A DNA stretch of 64,000 nucleotides from Cystobasidiomycetes sp. EMM_F5. Its lineage: Eukaryota. Where the stretch lies: assembly GCA_051047955.1 (NCBI GenBank), contig JBPGPT010000004.1, positions 682,001 to 746,000 on the forward strand, read 5' to 3'. This document shows positions 1-14,221 of the stretch, one piece after another (the stretch's first letter is position 1; the number at the start of each line of letters is the position of its first letter). Both the position numbers and the translations under genes were made by a program. The notes under the pieces were generated by a model. The model did not search any database. It had not been told where the DNA came from and was given only the letters and a program-made list of their open reading frames with translations.

Positions 1-224
1 ATGACGCCATGAAGGTCAAGGATGTTGTCGAGCGAGTAGCGGCAAGACTCGGTGTCCCAAGCAAGAGTATTGCAGCTCAAGATGCATACGCCCACTTCCA
101 GAGCGCTGTTACTTTTGTTCTCATGTCTGATCTCACCGCTACGAAGAAGCTTACGGAGGAATGGACTGGTTGGCAACCAAAGGGCTACTCGGTGTTCAAG
201 GAGATGGAAGGATACAAGATCTAG
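1..224 (+). CDS. NAD-dependent epimerase/dehydratase (extended SDR), 3' end only; tandem paralog of 960..1883
   Basis: C-terminus LTEEWTGWQPKGYSVFKEMEGYKI* aligns with LTRKWTGWEPKGYNLAKEMEGYTL of the next gene. The 5' part lies outside the window. Confidence 0.85.
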   Translation, partial: DAMKVKDVVERVAARLGVPSKSIAAQDAYAHFQSAVTFVLMSDLTATKKLTEEWTGWQPKGYSVFKEMEGYKI

Positions 225-959
225 GGTATCATGATCCGCGTACCCGAGTGTACCAGTATCTGCGAAGTAATCCCTGTTTGAAGCATACACGATACCCAAT
301 TACAGTATGATATGAACGTATTCACAAGATTGTGTCCGTATGGCTGCTTTGGTTTACATCTTCTCGTGAAGTTGACGTCTCCTATCGCGCTTATGACAAG
401 AGCCTGTGCGATGTCGAACTATACGTGATTGGATCTCCACCTCTCTCCAGCGTCCCCACCTTTGTGCACGGATTTTGGGATACTGCCGATACCTGCCATT
501 TGCTGCACCGCTGCAACCAATACCGTTCAATACGTGTCTTGGTGTCAACACGGTGTCCGCGTCTCCGTTCTGCTGCCTGTATTCCCCACAACGTGATACT
601 CAGCATTCTTCGACTAGTACTCCAGCGTTGAAGAATGCGGAACTTCCCAACAACGCCATTGCAACAGACGCGCCATGACGCGCTTCTACGAGCAGTCCGT
701 ACGCTACGATGACGACGTCAGCCTCTCTCAATGCACGCGCTCATCCTGCCGACAAACAAAGGTATCGCCGATGGCTTTCGCCGACACGGATGGAGCGCAG
801 ATAGCTAGCGGCGGTCTTACGCTGACTGCAGCTGACTTTTTGGCTATTTAAGCCAACAAACAGCTCGAATTGCTCGCTTTCCATCCCTCCATCCACGGCA
901 TACAATCATTTCTGTCAAACCCCAAAATATCAATTCTCCACATCGCCGGTACACACACA

Positions 960-1883
960 ATGCGCGTCTTTGTCACAGGTGCTAGCGGATTTGTGGGAAA
1001 AGCGACCGTCAAGGTCCTCCAGGCTCAAGGACACGAAGTGACCGGCCTGGCCCGCTCCGATGCCTCGGAAAACGTTCTCAAGGAAATGGGGGTCAAGAAC
1101 ATTCTCAGGGGCACCACAACGACCTTGGATGTCTTGAGACAAGGCGCAGCAGAGGCAGATGCCGTCATACATGCTGCTTTTGACCATGACGCCTTCGCGA
1201 CTGGCAAGATCGTTCAAGCGTGCGCCGAAGATCGTGATGCCATACAAGCCATGTGCGAAGCTCTACTTGCATCTACGCCGTCTGGCGACAAGCCCAAGGC
1301 ATTCATTTACACCTCGGGGTTGCTCGGAAACGTCACACCAGACGAGACCTCCGAGAAGGTTCCCAACGAGCACATACCACGACATCTATCCGAGCTGCTA
1401 GTCCATTCGTACTCCGCGAAAGGTGTGCGGTCCATTGTCGTGCGGTTGTCGCCTGTCGTGCACGGACCAAACCACGAGCACCTGTTCATCACACTACAAG
1501 CAGCAGCAGCCAGAAAGCATGGCTTTGTCGCATACGTCGATGATGGTCAGCAGTACTGGCCTTCGGTGCACGTCAATGATACAGCCCAACTCCTGACCTT
1601 GGCACTCACAAAGGCTCCATCCGGCTCGTACTTGCACAATGTGGCAGAGAACGTTACTGTCAAGACCATCGCTGACCGCATCGGAGAGATACTCAACCTC
1701 CCCACAAAGAGCATCGACGCAAAGGACGCTTTCTCACACTATCAGGGCTTCATGGGCGGCATCATGCAGGCCAGCATGGAAGCAACGTCAGAGCTGACAA
1801 GAAAGTGGACCGGTTGGGAGCCCAAGGGATACAATCTTGCAAAGGAGATGGAAGGCTACACTCTCAAGGAGGCCCAGGCTTAG
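960..1883 (+). CDS. NAD-dependent epimerase/dehydratase (atypical SDR, YLL056C-like), intronless
   Basis: MRVFVTGASGFVG Rossmann motif (TGxxGxxG) from ATG 960, plus DAVIHAAF, IYTSG, VRLSPVVHG and WPSVHVND. TATA-like TATTTAA near 846. Confidence 0.9.
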   Translation: MRVFVTGASGFVGKATVKVLQAQGHEVTGLARSDASENVLKEMGVKNILRGTTTTLDVLRQGAAEADAVIHAAFDHDAFATGKIVQACAEDRDAIQAMCEALLASTPSGDKPKAFIYTSGLLGNVTPDETSEKVPNEHIPRHLSELLVHSYSAKGVRSIVVRLSPVVHGPNHEHLFITLQAAAARKHGFVAYVDDGQQYWPSVHVNDTAQLLTLALTKAPSGSYLHNVAENVTVKTIADRIGEILNLPTKSIDAKDAFSHYQGFMGGIMQASMEATSELTRKWTGWEPKGYNLAKEMEGYTLKEAQA

Positions 1884-2148
1884 ATGAAGGTACTGCTCAG
1901 TATGGCATGGAGCATGACAGTGCGGTGCAGTGGAAGTCCATCAGAGTTGATTTACGCAGGAGAGATTTGCCGTTGTAGTGCTGTCATTTTGAGTAATAAA
2001 GCCTTGGATCGCACAGTGAGTGTATATTGTGAGTTCGGCTGGCCTTCAAGCATGGGCGTTGATTTGTCTATTTGATCATGATCCGGATGTGTATCTTCGA
2101 GCTTCATTCTGGCTCTGCACCATCTTGCACTCAGGCTCATCGCCCAAC

Positions 2149-3069
2149 ATGGACTTTCAGAACCGGGTGGGCAGCAAGTTTGGCGGTGGTGGAGTTGCTG
2201 GAGCGAATGAAACCTCTGTCGACCGGAGAGAACGGCTTCGAAAGCTGGCTGTGGGTTTTGAAACTTTCGAGTGGAAGAATATCACAGCAATACTGACGTG
2301 TAGATCATCGTAGCTCGAGACGATAGACTTGGCAAAGGTGCGCTTGTTCGTAGCGGAGTATGTGTCTTGAGCTAAGACTCGTTTCATACGCAGGACCCAT
2401 ATATCTTACGAACACATCAGGGAACTATCGAATGTCGACTATGCTTGACGCTGCACACAAACGAAGGATCATACCTCGCTCACACGCAAGGCAAGAAGCA
2501 TCAGACGAATCTCGCTCGTCGTGCAGCGAGGGAGGCGAAAGATACATCCGTCTACGCCCAACAGCTGCAAGCCCAGCAAGGGGGAGTGCCAGGCAGACCG
2601 CAAGTGCAGATTAAGCAATTCATCAAGATTGGGTCTCCAGGATATCAAGTGACAAAAGTCAAGGATCCCATCACTGGCCAGCTCGGTCTGCTCTTTCAAG
2701 TACACTACCCGAAAATCGCAAGCAATGTCCGGCCGCGGCATCGGTTCATGTCTTCGTTTGAACAGAGCGTAGAGGCTGCAAGCAGGGAGCATCAGTATCT
2801 AGTGGTGGGCACAATTCAACCTGGTGCAGCTGCGCAGTCGGCTAGAATGGCACTGACACGTTTTCAAACAGCTGGCTGCTGAGCCATATCAAACAATCTC
2901 ATTCAAGATACAATCAAAAGAGGTGGATATGGGCGAAGGGAGGCGGTGGGACTACTGGGATCCTGATTCTCAGACCTACAGGTGGGTACTCGTATTCATG
3001 GACTTGCACAACCAAGGTTACTCACATCGACGTCATTTCTTCCACAGTTTCCAATTCTTGTTCATGTGA
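2149..3069 (+). CDS. SF3A2: Splicing factor 3A subunit 2 (SF3A2/SAP62/Prp11), multi-exon
   Basis: Spliced: MDFQNRVGSKFGGGGVAG..DRRERLRKLA|LETIDLAK|DPY.., U1C-type zinc finger (ECRLCLTLHTNEGSYLAHTQGKKHQTNL), KIGSPGYQVTK, RHRFMSSFEQ, AAEPYQTISFKI. Stop TGA 3067-3069. Confidence 0.95.
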
Positions 3070-3373
3070 GATGTGTAGTGCAAGAAACGGCTGTCGTGCT
3101 GGATGTGGGAGTACGTGTGTTGTGTAATTTTTGAAGATCTACCGGGCGACCAGCTCTTGCATAATCAGAATCGCTTCAAAGGCAATGAACCGTTCTCGCA
3201 GTCTGGTTGTGCAGTCTTGATGGTCACGTATTTGAGAGCCTTGGCTTTGTGCAAGACTTGATTGCGACTGCGGACAGTCTTTATGACGCCCCTCGTCCCT
3301 GTCTGCCCACCGACTGATAGTCTCAATATCGCACCAGGACATTCTGCCCATCTGAGTTGCCGCTTACCCAGCC

Positions 3374-3467
3374 ATGTCTGTAGAACTGCACCCATCGACC
3401 CAGCTGGGCTTCCACCGTCAGTGGGATCCAGATTATCGGATTGTAATCACGGCTGACGGGACTGCAA

Positions 3468-3507
<40 letters not shown>

Positions 3508-4813
3508 GGACATTATAGGCCCACTCACGCAGCTCGTAAAGCGGACACTGACCATCAGCAACACCAACACCCAGCCAGTCGCATTCAAGGTAAAGACGAC
3601 GGCCCCGAAGCAGTACTGCGTCAGACCAAACAGCGGTCGCGTTGAGCCAGGCGAGCGCGTCGAGGTGCAGGGTGAGGGAGTCGCATTTGAATATCGTGCC
3701 GTAAGTGCTGACGTTCTGATGTCTCGTTCCGCCCTCGCAGTCCTGCTGCAGCCTATGCGCGAGGAACCTCCCAATGGGACAAAATGCAGAGACAAGTTTC
3801 TCGTCCAGTCGGCAGTCATAAGCCCAGATCGCGAGACGAGACCATTACAAGAGCTGGTGGGTGCTACGCATGCTTGTACTGCTGCATGCGCGCAGACTGA
3901 CGAGATGCCGTCATTGGTGCCTTGGCACATCCCATCCCTGCGCCGCGCCTGGCTCGCAGTGGTCTACCATAGAAGCCGAATCAAAGGCAGGAAGAGAGGG
4001 TGCAATACACGAACAGAAGATCCGCTGCGTCTGGCTGCCAGTGCTGACCGAGGACGCTTCAGCAGACCAGCAGGCCCATAGTCCAGTCGTGGGACAGAAC
4101 ACCGCTCTCGGCAACAGCAGCCCCGTTCAGCAGTACGATACCGTCCGCCAACATCCTGGCGATGTGTCAGCATTCAATGATGCGTCGGAAAAGTCGATCA
4201 ATGGTAGAAACGACTCACCTACCCCAGCCTACTCCGCCGCAGCCACTGGCGATTCCCATGTCGCAGCTGTTCTGGAGCCAAAGTCTGTGGGCGAGACTAT
4301 TGCTGCTGCAGTCCCTAGCACGCAAACTGTCAAGGACGTTGCCTCGAACGCTGCTGCCACAGTTTCGAACGCTGCTGCAACAGCTGCTACTACAGTGTCA
4401 ACAGCTGCCTCCAACGCAGCGGCCTCGGTCGGTCTAACAAAGGGCGCATCTTCGTCAGGAATAAATACATCGCCGTTGCCATCATCCGTACCAGCAGAGA
4501 CTGCCAAATTACAGCAAGAGTTGCTTAATGTTCGAGCGGAGATTGAGAGACTGCGCGCATCTCTGCGGGAGAAGGAGAACGAGCTGTCGGCCGGTCTACG
4601 GCAGAGAAACATTCCAGGCGTCGCACCTGGGTCCACAAAAACGTCTGCTATCTCTGGCGGACAAGTTGCCGTCGCTGCTCAGGAAGGAGTTCCCCTGCAG
4701 ATGGTTGGTGCTCTGGTTGCCGCGACCTTCTTCTTCACCTGGTTAGCATCCCTCGATATGTGACTACGACTTTGTGACTGAGTATGCTATCGCATGACAG
4801 GCTACTTTTCTGA
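3374..4813 (+). CDS. SCS2: VAMP-associated ER membrane protein (VAP/Scs2): MSP domain, coiled coil, C-terminal TM
   Basis: AFKVKTTAPKQYCVRPNSG MSP signature and CRDKFLVQS. Introns 3417-3518, 3672-3740, 3857-3959 and 4742-4800. Ends VGALVAATFFFTW|LLF*. Confidence 0.93.
3468..3506 (+). repeat. (ACG)13 microsatellite inside intron 1 of SCS2
   Basis: Perfect trinucleotide run read directly from the sequence. Confidence 0.95.
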
Positions 4814-5115
4814 ACGATATAAGCGACACTTCCTAAATACACGATGCCATCGTCGAGACACGCGTCCAAAGGCTTCGTCAGGCTGAAGATCATACAATCT
4901 CCCGCGCAAACTCATCCTACTCTATGCTTGTCTCTTTCAGGGGATTACGCCTTTCTACGTTCCGCCATGACGCTTGCCTTATCCAATTTGTAACAGTAGA
5001 GAGGGACAATCTTGATGTATACTCAGGTTGTATAGGACTGCCTAATATATGCTTGCTGCTTTTTGCGCTTGCTGAAACGTTTGCGGTCCACCCAATCGCG
5101 ATACGATGTTATGGC

Positions 5116-6210
5116 ATGCCGCCTGCTGCACGTAATCTGATCCGTTCCATCTCGACGACCATCAACAGCATGCCGCGTTTTGTATATGCCGACCATTCTG
5201 ATATCGCAGATATCGTTCGCAATGGCGAAGCTGGCAAGGATTGTGCGGGCGCATGACAGCTCAGACTATCGATGTCGCGAGGGAGACTCTCAGCTGACTG
5301 TTATCGCTCATGATTTCCTTGCTTCAGATGCTGTCGTTGACGTTCGAGGTGTACGCCAGATCCTCTCGCATATTGCCGCTTGAGGCTGATGTGACATGAT
5401 GACGGTATTAACGCAGTTTGACTATGCTGGAGGGAACATTCCGGGAGCCCTCAATTTCCCCGCCGAAGATCTGAAGTGCGCTTTACAGACATCCACTCTC
5501 AGCCTATTTACATGACGCTCATCTCGCGCGTATGCATACTCAGCGAAAGAATGGACGAGCTGATTGACCGTACTGGGAGGAGTACATTCCATCCGACTTC
5601 TAACGGAGCCGATGTATCCAGCTGATTTGTACAAGCTATCAGTACCGAAAGTCATCTTCCACTGTGCACTCTCCCGTCAGCCAGTCATAAGTCTCAAACA
5701 GCCGTAAAATTAGGCTGACGGTATTTGTGATGTGTGGGTGATAGAGCAGAGGGGACCGAAAGCAGCGAGAAGGTACGCTGAGGAGGTTGAGCGAAGAGGA
5801 GCAAAAGTCCAGCTTGCAATCGACAGCCGGACAGCAACACCAGGCGATTCTATAGACAAGACAGATAAGCCTGACGGGCAACAAACATCAACAGCTGCCG
5901 AATCCTCAGTCAAGTCTGCAGAAAGTAAGTCTGGTAAGGACAAGGTGGAGCAGGAAGTCATCATACTGCGAGGTGGCTTTACGAGATGGTAAGTAAAGCA
6001 TCGCTGGCTGCTTGCTCCGGGTTGAGCCCGTAATGTCGCTAAGATGTCTACAACATTCTGGTTTACAGGCAAGAAAAGTACAGGGTGGGTGATTGGATCC
6101 TGCACAGGGACAGTGTAGCCATCTGAAACCTTGTATGCTCGGTACAGAACGACCCAAAGCTGGTGGAAAACTGGCAGCCGAGCGTATGGGCTTCACCGAA
6201 CATATTCTGA
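5116..6210 (+). CDS. Cdc25-like rhodanese-fold phosphatase/arsenate reductase (Ych1/Ibp1/Acr2 family), multi-exon
   Basis: Spliced: YAVVDVRG|FDYAGGNIPGALNFP, catalytic CX5R loop VIFHCALS|QQRGPKAA, ILRGGFTRW|QEKY|RNDPKLVENW. Start is ATG 5116 or 5170. Confidence 0.85.
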
Positions 6211-6401
6211 AGGATTCAAGCTTACGAGCGACTGTTGTATAAAAGCTTGTTACACGACGATCATGAGGAAACGTCGGCTTTCATGATATACATCAGTACG
6301 GATTGAATTATGCAGAAATGATCCCCCTAGGTCCCCTGTACAGTAATTTGCAGCAAGTCGTGGTTTTGAACAATTAGCAGGATCCGTGGCTTCTGATCCC
6401 G

Positions 6402-7622
6402 TCAACCAAAATTCATTGCCATAATGTGATTGGGATATCGGTCGCCTACGACGTCTGCCAAATATACAGTGCTTGTTAGCACCATTACCCTGCACGCTCG
6501 AGAGAAGATTACGCACCCGCGTCTTTTACGAGTTTGGTGATTTCGTCCGTTTCCTCTTTCGACAGCTTGACATTGACTGCTTCGACGCACTCCTTGACGC
6601 CCTCTGGCGTGTGGAACCCGGAATGGGGTAGATGAGCTGCAATCGCGATTTAATCAGAGATTGCTATTAGCTTAACAATGAACATATATTCCGGCTTTCA
6701 CTCACGCTGCTCTGCGCAATCTCCCAGGCAAGGACAATTTGTACACCACTGACATTCTTCTTTACCCCAATCTCGCGTAATTTCTCTGCCAGTTTGAGAT
6801 TTTTCTCAATATTACCCGGCAGGAAGCGGGGACTGTCCTTGAGATGATCTCCCTCCGCAATATCGTCGTTTGATTTGAGGTTGGGATTCATCATACCTCG
6901 TGCGAGAGGGCTATATGCCGCTATGGGAATGCCCAGCTCGGTGCATGCATCGAGAACTCCATTATGCTCAATTTCGGGGGTAAAGGGCGAATATCTGCAA
7001 TTCAAGCGTAAACGGCAGTCTGAGAAACAATGCGCAAATCTCTTACTCTACTTCAACAGCAGCTATCGGTCCGATCTTTGCAGCTCGTCGAATTGTATCG
7101 GCAGAGCATTCCGAAAGTCCAATATCCTTGAAATGACCTTCGTCGCGCAATTTTCAAAGCGTCTTCATTGTATTTTCAATGGGAATACTTTTGTCGACCC
7201 TGGCCATCTCGAATAGATCCTCTTCGTACCGCCGAGCACCTTGTTAATGTTTGTAATAGCCTTGCGGAGGTTTTCCTCTGACGCATCTGGCACGAATTTG
7301 TTGAAGCCTTCTTTGACGGACAGATAGGTCTTTTCGATATATTCTGGGTACCGCGCATAGAAACGTGCAAGCAGCTTCAAGCCAAGCTCTGGATCAGGTT
7401 GTCCGTAAAAATCTCCGCTGTTGAGCATTGTACAGCCGCTGTCGACTGCAGTGTTTATGGCCTTGAAGGCCTGCTCATCAGGTGTCTGCTGGTGCTCAGG
7501 CTTCCATATTCTAGAATGCAAGTACGTTCAGTCGAATAGCATCAACAGCTCTGTATATTTTGGTCTTACAAGTTCATCAGACCGTAGCCTATAGCTATAC
7601 GATGGGATGTCGGGATGGGTAT
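6402..7622 (-). pseudogene. Aldo-keto reductase (pyridoxal reductase-like) pseudogene, tandem copy of 8190..9351
   Basis: Start codon reads ATA (7620-7622). 4-nt deletion frameshift near 7220, in-frame TGA at 7154-7156 (MKTL*KLRDEG) and 1-nt deletion near 6605 (PGSTR). Otherwise colinear with the intact paralog to RYPNHIMAMNFG*. Confidence 0.88.
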
Positions 7623-8189
7623 GGCGTTGCGGATGACGATACACGATTGATTCGGAAGTGGTAATGTGTGCGAGGACGCAAAAAATGGGAAAATCAAGGT
7701 AGCTTTACAGGTGTACTTGCTTATTGCCGGCGGCGCGCGTCCGGCGGCTTCGCTAATCCTGGTGCACAGATCAGTATCTTCTTTGCGAAGCACGCCTCTA
7801 CAGCTGCTATCGGCTAGTGACAAGATTCTGGGCGATGGGAGAGTCCTAAGGTGTAACATTGGTCTTGACACAATACCGGAAATGTCGGGACCGATCGCAG
7901 GCGAAACTCCGGTGTCCCCGCAATCTGGGGTAGGGTAGTCTAAACACGGCTTCCATATACCGTCTTCAGAGTCGAGTGCAGCCCAGAACCCTGTTTGTGT
8001 AGTTATTCGGACGCGCTGAAGAAGTCATTGCTTCGCAAATGCTCGATTCCGGCATAGACAGCATGTTTAGAATGCCCGTCCTGCCTAGCTAAATGACCAA
8101 GGCTATGGTACAGGGCAGCTGTACATTGCGAGCATATTCTACAAAACACATTCCAATCGCCCAGCATGCAGGCCCATGCTAGTTGGAGG

Positions 8190-9351
8190 TTAACCGAAGT
8201 TCATAGCCATCAGCTGCTTAGGGTATCTGTCACCAGCAACATCTGCAAATGACACTCATCAGTACATCAAGACACGATCTCGAGAATGCCATCGAACGTA
8301 CCGGCCGCTTTCACGAGTTTGGTAATCTCGTCGACTTCCTCTTTCGAGAGCTTGACGTTCACTGCTTCGATACATTCCTTGACACCCTCCGGCCGTGTAG
8401 ATCCAGGGATTGGGTAGATGAGCTGTCAACGAAATACCGAAATGAGCTCAACAATGTTGTATGAAATGAGAATGAAGATGTCTGTGAAGACGCTCACGCT
8501 GTTTTGTGCAATCTCCCAGGCTAATACGACTTGTACACCGCTAACATTCTTCTTTGCTGCAACCTCGCGCAACTTTTCTGCGAGCTCGAGGTTCTTTTCG
8601 ATGTTTCCCGGCTGGAATCTTGGACTGTGCTTGAGATGATCACCCTCGGGTATATCATCGTTTGACTTGATTTTTGGATTCATCATGCCTCTTGCGAGAG
8701 GACTGTATGCAGCGATGGGGATACCTAGCTCTGTGCATGCCTCGAGGACTCCATTGTGCTCGATGTCGAGCGAGAACGGTGAGTACTCAACTTCGACAGC
8801 AGCGACTGGTCCAACCTTTGCAGCCCGTCGAATCGTATCGGCAGAGCACTCCGACAATCCAATATCCTTAAAATGCCCTTCATCTCGCAGTTTAAGGAGG
8901 GTCTTCATGGTATCTTCGATTGAGACCTTCTTGTCTACTCTGGCCATCTCGAACAAATCCATCTTTTTGTTCCCTCCCAGGAGTTTGTTGATGTTTGTTA
9001 CCGATGTGCGGAGTGCTTCTTCAGATGCATCAGGCTGCATCTTTGCCATACCTCCTTTGACGGAGAGGTACGTCTTTACAGCGTACTCTGGATACTGCGC
9101 ATAGAACCTTCCGAGCAGCTTCAGACCGAGCTCTGGGTCAGGTTGTCCGTAGAACTCTCCGCTGTTCAGCATGGTGCACCCGCCGTCGACTGCAGTCTTG
9201 ATAGCCTCAAAGGCCTGCTCGTCTGGTGTCTGCTGCGGCTTCCATGTCCTGGAAGGGACTTGGGTCAGCGCATATCATGTCTGTGTGCACTTGCTGCCAC
9301 GCACAGGTTCATGAGACCGTAGCCTACGCGATGGGATGTCGGGATGGGCAT
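8190..9351 (-). CDS. Aldo-keto reductase, pyridoxal reductase (Plr1/YakC-like) family, 3 introns
   Basis: MPIPTSHRVGYGLMNL|TWKP.., LNSGEFYG, LSVKGG, DLFEMARVD, IGLSE, VEVEYSPF, AYSPLARG, PIPGSTR, DVAGDRYPKQLMAMNFG*. Confidence 0.92.
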
Positions 9352-9765
9352 TGTACGAGCAACGATGAGGTTCTTGGAGAGTAGTGGATTGGAAGCTTGT
9401 TGGTGCGAAGGGTAGTGTGCAAGGAAAGAAAGAAGGGAGAGTAGAACAGAAGAGCTGCCGGTATTTGAGCTGTCAGGAGACGGAAAGAAATAGAGAAAGA
9501 ACGCCGACATGCATCATCGCCGTATCGCCGACAGCATCGCCGATCTACTATAATCAATATTGGCCGACGCAACGCGTAGCAGCCCTGCACACGGCAAAGA
9601 CGATCTCAGCCTGAACTGCGACCAACTGCAGACGTCAAAGGGTATTAGAATCCTGAGCTTGTAAATGTCAGTTAGAATGACTAGAAGTCTTCAGATTAAA
9701 AGATGGCAATCTTCTAGTAGAGACCCAATCAAGCTGCCATACTGGCCCATGTCTGCATAGACATC

Positions 9766-11770
<2,005 letters not shown>

Positions 11771-12824
11771 GACGGGCCCCGAACTCAGCTGATCCATACA
11801 GGAGTTCTGAAAGTCTGCCTGTGCGTCACTGTGCACGTGTGTGTGTCACTTGAAGGCACTGCAGGCGGACGGCTTTCAAATGCTTTACATTTCGGACAGT
11901 GCGGAGCGAAGCCGACTTTGACCTGGACTTTTAGTGCTGGCTCAGTCTTCGTCACTACAGTGCCCGCCTTTCCAGCATCGTCGAGGCTACTGCTTGGGTT
12001 GAGTCAAACACTACCCTGCAATCGCTTCCCTGCCACCTCCTCCCCTTGTGGTAGCGTGCGCTACCAAACACTTTGGGCGTACATCGATAAGTGCAAGGGA
12101 AAAGTCTGACCATGAAGATGCGCATCACTTTCTGCACTAGCGCTGCCAGTCTTTCCCTCGTGAACTTCTATCTCACGATCTATTCTGTATACTTTTCTTG
12201 GAAGAAGTAAGCGAAGTCAAGCTCGGACATCTCCTCGACACGAGGCTCATCCATTCTGCACAAATGCCGATTAGCTAGCACCATGCATTGCTATGCGATC
12301 TTCACCGCTGTTCTATGCAGTGTGGGACTAGCGGCATCGCGACCTGTACAGAATATGCTGCTCGGAGTAAGTGCACATCTCTTTGATACGCTCATGTTTG
12401 CTCATTGTAATTCTGTCGAACTCAGATGCCACTGTTCCCAGTTTATATGGCTAATATGACTGGATCGCAAATGATGCTGCACGATGCATGTTCATCTTGC
12501 TCATTGGCAAGGCCGTGTCCGGAAAACTGTTTAGACACATTTGAAGCAAGATGATGCGGTGGATGCGGTTAAGACAAGGAAAAAGCGGGATGTGGAAGTG
12601 ACCTTGCTGTTCGGGCGCCGTCTGCACAGATAATTGTCATATGCCTGCCTTGAAGGCCAATTCTGCCACGAGTTCTGCCTCGGAAAAGTTTGAAACGAGA
12701 AACGAAACGCATTGTGTATGAGTCGGAACTAGGAGAGGTGCCGAATATTACTACACGCTTTAGTCCTTATTTCAGTAGGTTCACTTTGCCCCATTTTGAC
12801 CATGATGCCGTCTCAAACAAGACC

Positions 12825-13592
12825 ATGAAAGGCATAAACCTGAAACTTCTGACAGCCTCAGCCGCTGCTGCGACTACGAAAACGTACACCATTCCCTCGT
12901 ACGCCGACTTTCCCAACAGCGCTCTGCATGGCTTGCCGCTTCTCATTTACCGCCCATTCGAGCATGCTGATGATGATGGACTGGATCCTGACGAGGTTGA
13001 GCGGCTTCTGAGGAAGAATGGTCTGCAGCCTGCTTGGAGATACGGGATGTACGTCAGAATCTCACAGGATATGCAACTGGAGTTCATCTGATCCGGATGA
13101 CATATCGTGGTTACTGCAAATCCCCACAATCCGCACTATCCAGGTTCCCATACGATCATTATCATTCCAACGTCCATGAGGTGGGCATACATACTGTACA
13201 ACTGCGCTTGAAGACGGAATTGCTGAGATGCGTCTAATTATCCGTAGATCTTGGTAGTGTACAGAGGTTCAGCCGAGCTCTGTTTCGGCCATTCCTCGTC
13301 TCCAGACTGCATCAGACATGCTGCTCGTCCTGGAGATGTCTGCGTCATCCCCGCTGGTGTTGCTCACAGAGCGCTGTCAAGTGCGAGCGATTTCAACATG
13401 GTAGGGTCATACCCTACAGGCGCGAAGCAGTGGGACAATTGCAGAGGAGGCAAAGACAAAGACGACGAGCATACTCGTAGCCTGTGGCAAAGCGTCAGGA
13501 CATACGGCGAGGCTGCCAACAGGCTAAAGCTAGATCCTGTTTATGGGGATGATGGCGAATCACCATTGGCGAAAAGCAATTGGACAGTCTGA
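12825..13592 (+). CDS. Cupin-domain protein (YjlB-like), 2 introns
   Basis: FPNSALHGLPLLIY, WRYGM|FPYDHYHSNVHE|ILVVYRGSAELCFG, cupin box 2 GDVCVIPAGVAHR, MVGSYP, DPVYG. Confidence 0.82.
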
Positions 13593-14221
13593 GTATATAG
13601 AGCGGACACTGTCTGAGCAGAGACTGGCAAACGCCATACCATCGCGAGACAGCAATATGCCACGAAAGTGTTTGACAACCGCAGGTGCGCAGCCGGCCAC
13701 TGATGAGATACCCTTTCACAAATACGTCCGTACCCATACAGCACTCCCGAATCCACTGCAGCAGAATTTGCTCCCATGGATCCTTTTGTCTCAAGCTGAG
13801 GCATCTCTCCTGTTGGCGTACCGCCGATCAAAGCCGTGGACGTTGTGAGTTCTCCTGTATGACGTTTCTGTCTTAGCTTGACGAGTCGTTCCTCCATCAC
13901 CTCAATTTGGCGCTTCACAGCGTGATTGAGCGTATTCAGAACCTGATGACCGTCCACGGGGGCATTGAAAGAGGCCTCACGGTAGTCGCCAGATTGCCAG
14001 TTCTTGGGGTACGCATCGTGAATGGCTTTGCTGATGGCGATCACTTCGGGTATCATGCTTCTCATTGTGCGATCTGTGATATGCTGTGTAATCGCTGTAT
14101 TAGACACCTTGCGAAGTGCTCTAAGTGCGGAAACAGCCTTGTCAACCTGTATTACCCATTGGTTTTTGTATCCGGACGGTAATGCGGGTCGATCTTCGTC
14201 CTTTACTAGCTTCCATGTCAT
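13541..14221 (-). CDS. Hypothetical helical protein, possibly the remnant of a decayed gene
   Basis: Stop-free frame of about 230 codons with protein-like helical composition and no recognisable domain. The upstream frame is interrupted by stops. The 3' end overlaps the cupin gene. Confidence 0.3.
   Translation of the reverse strand: MTWKLVKDEDRPALPSGYKNQWVIQVDKAVSALRALRKVSNTAITQHITDRTMRSMIPEVIAISKAIHDAYPKNWQSGDYREASFNAPVDGHQVLNTLNHAVKRQIEVMEERLVKLRQKRHTGELTTSTALIGGTPTGEMPQLETKGSMGANSAAVDSGVLYGYGRICERVSHQWPAAHLRLSNTFVAYCCLAMVWRLPVSAQTVSALYTQTVQLLFANGDSPSSP

Noticed and set aside
3468..3506. Poly-Asp tract in the Scs2 ORF-track translation
   Set aside because: It lies inside a GT-AG intron. 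The spliced frame gives the expected LGFHR|PLT.
11800..12405. Possible small minus-strand gene (MSKHERIKEM.. / MDEPRVEEMSELDFAYFFQEKYTE*)
   Set aside because: I could not build a consistent spliced frame, and there is no recognisable motif.
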